Origin: an uncultured Verrucomicrobiota bacterium
GTDB lineage: Bacteria; Verrucomicrobiota; Verrucomicrobiia; Limisphaerales; UBA9464
Direction: 5' to 3'
Length of the DNA stretch: 64,000 nucleotides
NCBI GenBank assembly: GCA_903842505.1
Contig: CAIMMI010000304.1
Span: 6,916 to 70,915 of the forward strand
The notes under the pieces are model-generated. The model did no database searches and was not told the origin of the DNA. It saw nothing but the letters and a program-made list of their open reading frames with translations. Below, one piece after another: positions 58,501-64,000 of this stretch (position 1 is its first letter; each line of letters opens with the position of its first letter). The position numbers were made by a program, and so were the translations under genes.

Positions 58501-59598
58501 GGGCGGATAAACGCCGGTATCGCGATGTTCGAGGATCCAGCCATTGCCGTCCGCCTGATAGCTCAGGACGTTGTCAAAATTGTTGGTCAGTCCACCTTCC
58601 ATCGACGTGATCAGGACGCCCGCCTTCGGTGAGCCGCCCGCGACGTCGAGTCGGAAGCGGCCGGGCTCCAACTGCGTCACCGTGAATCGGGGAGTGTCGC
58701 CGTTGTGCATCAGCACGATCGCGTTGGTGCCGGTCGTATCGACCCCGAAGCGCCCGGAAACCACGTTGGTCTCAGTCCGCGGAATGAAGACGAATGCGGC
58801 CGGATCCTGCTCCACCGCCCGAGGGTTGGTCGCACTGCCGAAGTTGTCCTTGATGTACACCTCCCACGTTCCATCGGCATTCACCACTGAGTTGGCATAG
58901 TTGCCCTCGTTCTTGGCGTGGTTGACCAGCAGCACTCCGGAGTTGGTGGAGTTGATCCCCAGCGTGCGGAGGTCCACTCTCGATCTGCCCCCCGAGATGC
59001 CCCGGAAATGGGTCCCAAGTACCAAGCCCGGCGACCCAACAAAGAAGTTGTTCGTCGCTCCGTTCGAACGATTCGAGTTCCGGGCAAATCCCGCGATCCA
59101 CCGATCGAAGGGGAAGTACGCCGCGGCGATGTTCATGTTGTATTCGGCCCGGTCCACGGTGGCGTCCTGCACCACCGCCCAATAGCCGGCGGCACCGTAG
59201 TCAAACGAGGGCGCCGCATACCCCAGCAGGTTTTCCAGCTCGCCGTTGTCTCGGCCATTCTCGGACATCGCCACCAGCATCAATCCCGCTGCCACGTCAT
59301 CCGTCCCGGTTTCACCAACCTGAAGGTTGTAGTCGCCTCGATTCGATCCCGGACGAATCCGGAGGTCGTTGATCGTGAGCGTCGCTGCCAACGTGACCGA
59401 ATCCACCGAGTTTCCGGTGTCGTTCTGGATTACGGATACGTTGATCGCTGGGATGCCGTGCGGGGGTGTTTCACCCGCGAGGGCAGTGTTGGAGGATGCA
59501 CCGGCCAGTCCGGCCAGTCCCAGAACCGCTGCCCAGTTCCCGACCGTCCGCTGGGCAAGTTTCCATGGATTCATCATGTCTGTGCGTCTTCGTTTCAT
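55525..59598 (-). CDS. giant secreted repeat protein (three tandem Ig-like modules, two DNRLRE-like modules, FYRV tail)
   Basis: Signal peptide from ATG 59598 (MKRRRTDMMNPWKLAQRTVGNWAAVLGLAGLAGASSNTALA). Three repeats of V.P..L.FTP..W..PQ/K...L...D(D/N)G. Two repeats carry the motifs W(P)DG...N, HRML..WD...ATW and [QE]RPRLRV. Confidence 0.75.
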   Translation of the reverse strand: MKRRRTDMMNPWKLAQRTVGNWAAVLGLAGLAGASSNTALAGETPPHGIPAINVSVIQNDTGNSVDSVTLAATLTINDLRIRPGSNRGDYNLQVGETGTDDVAAGLMLVAMSENGRDNGELENLLGYAAPSFDYGAAGYWAVVQDATVDRAEYNMNIAAAYFPFDRWIAGFARNSNRSNGATNNFFVGSPGLVLGTHFRGISGGRSRVDLRTLGINSTNSGVLLVNHAKNEGNYANSVVNADGTWEVYIKDNFGSATNPRAVEQDPAAFVFIPRTETNVVSGRFGVDTTGTNAIVLMHNGDTPRFTVTQLEPGRFRLDVAGGSPKAGVLITSMEGGLTNNFDNVLSYQADGNGWILEHRDTGVYPPVLESCTNEPVAAFVYIPGATPGISAVPGRTAVTTEAGGTANVDIVLDVPPATPVTVRVVSTRPEEATVTPEFLTFLPESWNVPQTLKVVGQDDSAPDGAAAFALVLTVVGDSDPSFLTAPALRVSVINSDDETAGITAFPIDGIRLAEAGSPGTSAIQLSRAPAAIVRIPLVSLTPNEASVEPSELVFTPSDWNVAQTVTLRGVDDGRQDGTQAFSVRVGPAISEDPEFSGLAGRQIQGETLDDDIARLVWNYNLPLTVVESQSLTYTVALGTRPDLTVELAITSAIPASVTVTPALVTFTPADWKTPKVITLSAPDNGTNQPTLLLNISHTLRTVDPVYTNFVGETPLPAVIVDNETTLELPSGPTFYGLGMAPVGIDGRATLRDPDATTFDGARLTVSITTGGTGLDQLAIRSAATNGFPVELAGSRVLHSGVDVGSATGGQFPTPLEIRFVATATAAVIEDVLRSLTFGTGGTAAGPRVLAVRFDDGLGATGTVSKVVRVGRVRQTQFQEGADFGYGLYSGAGDIALSQVGSQTPWPIGRTPSPAEGLLMDWPDGGVPNESQILLRFDSLVGTNSWQVPPGATVLLAELVVHVNNPGDGARLHRMLIPWDREQATWDSVFQGVSPDDVEARATYESQLGVEDGSGSTGLGFASIGVTPDVQAWVRGETNHGWVFLGWPLRTDGTGISPSEIQDISQRPRLRVLWTDADARVASFQQGVNGYEGTRDTLLRQTQPETPLVTSDVLWADWPDGAGTNSMHSLIRFGDVFGAEAGRIPLNARIEMALLDLPSVGTDNMGDGGAFHRMLQAWDDTTATWTSLNNGIQANGIEAATEPTAVLGSPSLEPDVQGTMNTVEVTTDLIAWQAGAPNEGWAVLPLTGGANGWGFRSSKFISFVDPLKAESERPRLRVFYSVASAAEAAVLDKPVFQGDSLSIGFTGSSGVTYRLIRSANVAGTYESVGTAKTDSTGRGRFLDANPPAGGAFYRVVAD

Positions 59599-60032
59599 GA
59601 CTGCAGATGTGGGCTCGTCGCGACGGATCGCCGTCGTACGGGACCTTCCAACCTTTACAGTCAGAGCGGCAGGCGACGGCACCAACGAACCCGCAACAAT
59701 CCAGTGACCGGACCGGTTCGTTCCTGTGGCGGGTCGTCGCGAAACCGTCTCCGCACTGAGACATTCCAACGTCGATGTGAGGAAACGGTGTCGACTGTGA
59801 CGGAGGGGCGATCGGTGTCGGGCAAATCAACGGGTTGGACAAACCCTCACAGAACCAGAACGATCCGCCGGTGGGTAAAACTCTCACCCCCTTGCGAACA
59901 GTTCCTGCGTTCCCCCGGATTTGCAGGAACAGGATCGGCTGCCTCGACCCACTTCCCGCCGCCGCCGTGTACCCGCGGTTCTCGCAAGTCCCCGCTTTCC
60001 GACAATCGCCCTCCACTCGGTAGGACCCAACG

Positions 60033-61832
60033 ATGCCCATGAAACCAACCCGAATCCTGACCGCGGCGCTGCTCGGCGTCCTGTCCCTGAACTGCTTCGC
60101 CAAGCCGCTCAAGGTCTTCATCCTGGCGGGTCAGTCCAACATGGAGGGGCATGCCTCCGTCAAGACGTTCGACTACATCGGCAAGGATCCCCTCACGGCC
60201 CCCATCCTGAAGGAGATGCGCAATCCCGATGGAACCCCGCGGATCTGCGACCAGGTTTGGATGTCCTATTTGACGGGACCTTATGACGGGAGCGCCAATG
60301 GGGAGGGACTTGGCAAGCTGACCGCCGGCTTTGGGGAACGCGGGGACAACCCCACGAAGGATGGAGGCAAGATTGGACCTGAGTTCACGTTCGGCATCTA
60401 TATGGAGAAGGGGCTGAATGAGCCGATCCTGATCATCAAGACCGCCTGGGGAGGCAGGTCTCTCAACACCGAGTTCCGCCCGCCCAGTGCCGGTCCCTAC
60501 CAGTTGCCCAAGGTCATTCAGGAGGAGTGGGACAAGCATCCCCAGGGTGCCCACGGGATTCCAAAGCTCGAGGACAGGAAAGCATGGCAGGAGAAGAAGG
60601 ATGCCGCCTCGGGGGTGTTCTATCGGATGATGGTGGAGCACGTGAAGAAGGTCCTGGCTGACCCCAAACGGGTCTGCCCGGCGTACGACCCCAAGGAGGG
60701 ATACGAACTCGCGGGTTTTGTCTGGCTTCAGGGATTCAACGACCTGGTCGATGGGACGACCTATCCTGGCCCTGACAAACCCGGAAGGTTCGATCTGTAC
60801 TCAGACCTGCTGGCCAGGTTCATTCGCGATGTCCGCAAAGACCTCGCAGCCCCACGGATGCCATTCGTCATCGGCGTGCTGGGAGTGGGCGGTGAGAGCG
60901 AGAATGAGGTGTTCCGCAAGGCCATGGCTGCACCGGCCGCCCTGCCTGAGTTTCAGGGCAACGTAATCGCCGTCGAGACCGCCCCGTTCTGGGACCACGC
61001 CATTGCTGCCGCAGAACCGAAGCAGGGCAAGTTCAACAACATCGTCGGCACGGCGCACACGCTGAAGAAGGACGGGACTCTCGACAGGGAGCGGAAGTGG
61101 GATGGTTACTGGAAGCCCATTGGCAAGCCACTGCCCGAGGCGAGGGATTGGCGATTCATCACGGTGGATGCGACCGAAAAGAAGGACGTTCTGGAGAAAT
61201 ATGAAGACAGGCGGTTCCGTGACATCACGTTGCCAGCCGGCATGAAGGATTGGAAGTTGCCCGACTTCGACGACAGCCAATGGTCCGTGGGCAGGGCACC
61301 CATCGGAAAGGGCGTCTGGAAACACAGCGGCATCACGCTGGATCGGTTCCCGTCCACGTGGGGAAAGGGTGAGTTTCTGCTGATGCGGACCACCTTCGAG
61401 GTGGAGGACCTCAGCTTCGCCTCGTTTCGCCTGGCAGTCCTGGCCCGACAAGGATTCCATGTGTATCTGAACGGCCAGAGGATCCACACCTATATCTGGT
61501 GGCAGGACAGGCCTCAATACGGTGCCATCGTCCTCGAGGACAATGACGTCAAACACCTCAAGAAGGGGAGGAACGTCCTGGCGGTGTATTCCAACGACCA
61601 GTATGACCTTCGTTCCCCGGAACATTATGCCGCCACCGATGTGTGGATCGAGGGCATCACCCAAGCCGACAGTGAGAAGCTCGATCTCGCCCTGGAGGAG
61701 GTCCTTTCGCCGAAGGATCGGGAGGCCCTGAAAGGCGCGTCCAATGGTGGCTACCACTATTTCGGCAGCGCCAAGATCTTCGCCCAGATGGGCAAGGCCT
61801 TTGCCGAGGCCTTGTTGCGCTCACGGAATTGA
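60033..61832 (+). CDS. sialate O-acetylesterase-like (SASA/DUF303) carbohydrate esterase with C-terminal lectin-like domain
   Basis: Signal peptide. KVFILAGQSNMEGHA catalytic-serine motif and KTAWGGRSL. C-terminal FDDSQWS...LLMRTTFEV...GFHVYLNGQRI...NVLAVYS. Confidence 0.75.
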   Translation: MPMKPTRILTAALLGVLSLNCFAKPLKVFILAGQSNMEGHASVKTFDYIGKDPLTAPILKEMRNPDGTPRICDQVWMSYLTGPYDGSANGEGLGKLTAGFGERGDNPTKDGGKIGPEFTFGIYMEKGLNEPILIIKTAWGGRSLNTEFRPPSAGPYQLPKVIQEEWDKHPQGAHGIPKLEDRKAWQEKKDAASGVFYRMMVEHVKKVLADPKRVCPAYDPKEGYELAGFVWLQGFNDLVDGTTYPGPDKPGRFDLYSDLLARFIRDVRKDLAAPRMPFVIGVLGVGGESENEVFRKAMAAPAALPEFQGNVIAVETAPFWDHAIAAAEPKQGKFNNIVGTAHTLKKDGTLDRERKWDGYWKPIGKPLPEARDWRFITVDATEKKDVLEKYEDRRFRDITLPAGMKDWKLPDFDDSQWSVGRAPIGKGVWKHSGITLDRFPSTWGKGEFLLMRTTFEVEDLSFASFRLAVLARQGFHVYLNGQRIHTYIWWQDRPQYGAIVLEDNDVKHLKKGRNVLAVYSNDQYDLRSPEHYAATDVWIEGITQADSEKLDLALEEVLSPKDREALKGASNGGYHYFGSAKIFAQMGKAFAEALLRSRN

Positions 61833-62039
61833 AGGGACCGGGACACCCACTGCCGAATCCAGCCAGAGCGGGGTTGATTGACAGCACGTCCCGGAGTTCG
61901 TCACGGCCATCCAGATGGCGCTTGAACGTGGATGGTGCTCTGGTCGGTGGCGTGTTGGAAAACTCCGTGTTGATGGAATTGCGCAAGCAACCTGCCCGGA
62001 AATGGGATCAGGGAATGAATTTCCGGCCCTAATCATAAG

Positions 62040-63425
62040 ATGAATGCTGTTAAAAACTGGGTCTTGGCGATTGCCGCCTTGACGATCGTGGCTGCCACCC
62101 ATGCCGCCTCCACTTTTGTGCATCCGGGTGCGCTGGATTCCAGGGGCGAACTGGATTTCGTTAAGGCCAAAATCCAGGCTAAGGCACAGCCGTGGAGAGC
62201 CGAGTTCGACCGACTTGTGGCCTCCGGTTATTCCACTCGTACGCCACATGGGAAAACGACCATCAATTCAAGCAACAGTGACGCTGAACTTTCGCGAGAT
62301 GACGCCATTGCTTCGTACACCCAGGCGCTCCTGTGGTATTACTCGGGCAACGCGACCTATGCGAACCGCTCGATCGCGATCCTGAACTCTTGGACGAATT
62401 TGCAATCCTTCACAGCTGGGTCCGATCAGGACAAGTTGCAGGCGGGCTGGATCGGTGCGGTATTTGCCCCGGCAGCTGAGATTATGCGGGGTTATTCTGG
62501 GTGGAACACCAACGACATCGCCCATCTCCAAGCCATGTTCAAGCGGGCCTTCTATCCGCAGTTGAACAGGATGAGCACCTGGAACGGCAATGTGGACCTG
62601 ACACAAATCGACGCCATGATGTCGATCGCCGTCTTCAATGAAGACACTGAGGAGTTCAATGCGGGTCTCGCTCGCCTGGCAAAACGTCTCTCCAGCTATA
62701 TTTATCTCGCCTCTGTGGGAACTCCGCCGCGGATCGCGGGCGATGGGGGCAATGTGCAGAATTTTTGGTTCAATCCTACCTTGTGGACCGATGGTCTGAC
62801 TCAGGAAACGTGCCGGGACAACGGCCACCACTCGCAGTTCGGACTGGGATCCGCTCTCCACGCCGCAGAAACCGCCTGGCATCAAGGCGTGGATGTGTAC
62901 ACGGCGAACACAAAGCGCTTCACCGCCGCCCTGGAGTTGATGGCGTCCCAGTTCCTCACCGGCTCGATGCAAGGGACCTCCGCCAACGATGCCCCCTCCG
63001 CCAGCCGTTTCGAATCCTGGGAGATGGGTTACAACCACTACCATAACCGAGTCGGGCTACCCATGACGAAGACGGGGACGCTTATTGAGAAGGAAATCCG
63101 GCCCAGGGCTCAACGAGCCGTCTGGAACTTGGTTCACGAAACTTTGACCCATGCCAATCTGCCGGCCAGCGTCTCGCCGCTCGGAGGCACGATTTCACCG
63201 ATGTTGACAGGGCCGATGCTGCTGCCCAACGGAGCATTCCAATTCTCTTTCACCAACCACACCAGTGCCACCTTCACGGTGCTGTCGAGCACCGACCTGT
63301 TGTTGTCCCCAACCGAATGGACCGTGATCGGTACGCCCACCAATAACGGTTCCGGGCTTTTCCTGTTCACAACGGAACCGCTGACAAACGATGCGAGACG
63401 ATTTTTCCGCGTAAAATCACCGTAA
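62040..63425 (+). CDS. alginate-lyase-family (PF05426-like) polysaccharide lyase with FFRV tail
   Basis: Signal peptide. FVHPGALDSRGELDFVKAKI opening and QETCRDNGHHSQFGLGSALHAAETAWHQGVDVY, typical of the alginate_lyase family from memory. The C-terminal roughly 80 aa form a beta-rich tail. Confidence 0.6.
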   Translation: MNAVKNWVLAIAALTIVAATHAASTFVHPGALDSRGELDFVKAKIQAKAQPWRAEFDRLVASGYSTRTPHGKTTINSSNSDAELSRDDAIASYTQALLWYYSGNATYANRSIAILNSWTNLQSFTAGSDQDKLQAGWIGAVFAPAAEIMRGYSGWNTNDIAHLQAMFKRAFYPQLNRMSTWNGNVDLTQIDAMMSIAVFNEDTEEFNAGLARLAKRLSSYIYLASVGTPPRIAGDGGNVQNFWFNPTLWTDGLTQETCRDNGHHSQFGLGSALHAAETAWHQGVDVYTANTKRFTAALELMASQFLTGSMQGTSANDAPSASRFESWEMGYNHYHNRVGLPMTKTGTLIEKEIRPRAQRAVWNLVHETLTHANLPASVSPLGGTISPMLTGPMLLPNGAFQFSFTNHTSATFTVLSSTDLLLSPTEWTVIGTPTNNGSGLFLFTTEPLTNDARRFFRVKSP

Positions 63426-63480
63426 TATAGAGTTTCCATGTCACCCGGGAGCACGGCATGACGAACAAACTTCGCTCCCT

Positions 63481-63534
63481 CGCGGCTTCGCGCGAAACCA
63501 GTTCCATGCCCTGAAACCGTCGCGCGAAGCCGCG
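63481..63534. repeat. perfect 15-bp inverted repeat (REP-like hairpin)
   Basis: CGCGGCTTCGCGCGA (63481-63495) and TCGCGCGAAGCCGCG (63520-63534) are exact reverse complements separated by 24 nt. Confidence 0.6.
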
Positions 63535-63561
63535 AAGTTGCGAGAGAGGAGAGCCGAAAAC

Positions 63562-63977
63562 AGGGTAATGCGGGTAGATCCCCATGTCCGTCACACATCT
63601 CCTGCCAGGGGCGGCCTGGCATGGATTCCGCCGTCGACACGAGCTCCTGCCATTCGGGCCTGACACGTCGGTCCGCTGCCACCACCAACCGCCGCGCCGT
63701 CACCCGTCGAGCGACCGACTCCGCTCCGGGGTCCGGACACCCCATGACACGCGCCCGTCGTTGACCTTCCTTGGACAACCCCAGCCCTTTGATCCGCACT
63801 GGATTCAGGTGAAGGTACCGGCCAACTTCCTCCAACCGATCCGCATCCTGGATCAGCGCCGACTTGAATCGTCCCTGAAAGACGTGGCCCCTCCCCCGAT
63901 GCGCCCAGTTGAACCTTCCCACGGCTCATCACGTGATACCAACCATCGACAACATGGATGCGAAGCGGTCGTGCCAT
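63562..63977 (-). pseudogene. decayed IS200-like Y1 / RAYT-like transposase (internal deletion plus frameshift)
   Basis: MARPLRIHVVDGWYHVMSRG (typical N-terminus) is joined out of frame to FNWAHRGRGHVFQGRFKSALIQD...RYLHLNPVRIKGLGL. The segment that should carry the HUH motif is missing. Confidence 0.6.
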
Positions 63978-64000
63978 CCGGCAAGCCCGGGTCTCTAAAC

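Noticed and set aside
55249-58632. 1,127-aa plus-strand ORF
   Set aside because: It is antisense to the giant repeat protein. The minus-strand product has a signal peptide, clear internal domain repeats and the FYRV tail. The plus-strand translation is Arg/Gly-rich with no structure.
1-64000. Search for CRISPR arrays, tRNA, rRNA, tmRNA or integrase-flanked islands
   Set aside because: I saw no regularly spaced direct repeats, no cloverleaf-like T-arm motifs in the intergenic gaps, and no rRNA-like stretches. A by-eye scan of 64 kb is not exhaustive and should be confirmed with tRNAscan-, Infernal- and CRISPR-finder-type tools.

Overview
High-GC bacterial chromosomal window (about 60-65 percent GC by eye, not computed). 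It is densely coded, with about 48 supportable protein genes. I recognised no rRNA, tRNA or CRISPR array. The gene content points to Verrucomicrobiota or a related PVC lineage: several prepilin-like H-X9-DG/DUF1559 proteins, a DUF11-repeat protein, a fused membrane/spermidine-synthase-like protein, and many large secreted multidomain proteins.

Nt 1-36,700 is mostly housekeeping. It holds xseB-dxs, a sigma-70 factor, rnhB-yraN, a FtsX/MacB-type ABC pair behind a FixL-like PAS kinase and NarL-type regulator, a PocR-AraC regulator, ispA, tyrA-aroA-cmk, a YyaL-like thioredoxin-domain protein, mdh, holA and a bifunctional nuclease.

Nt 36,900-63,400 looks accessory and encodes secreted or surface proteins:
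- a DUF11 repeat protein;
- a tightly packed nine-gene plus-strand operon (38,635-49,465) with three phosphodiester-glycosidase (NAGPA-like) paralogs, a CotH-like kinase, two pseudopilin-like proteins, a beta-propeller and a glucoamylase-family/GH144-like protein;
- a roughly 1,357-aa repeat-rich secreted giant followed by a pseudopilin-like gene;
- a SASA-type esterase and an alginate-lyase-family protein.

Three cross-cutting signals stand out:
1. A conserved C-terminal tail of about 65-75 aa ending in FYRL/FYRV/FFRV occurs on four otherwise unrelated secreted proteins.
2. A shared lectin-like module occurs on three secreted enzymes.
3. A roughly 130-bp structured repeat is present twice in inverted orientation, each time just 5-prime of a dehydrogenase gene.

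The window ends in a decayed Y1/RAYT-like transposase pseudogene next to a perfect 15-bp-stem hairpin. Many long ORFs in the supplied track are antisense shadow ORFs of high-GC DNA and were rejected. All homology statements come from motif recognition by eye and need HMM or BLAST confirmation.
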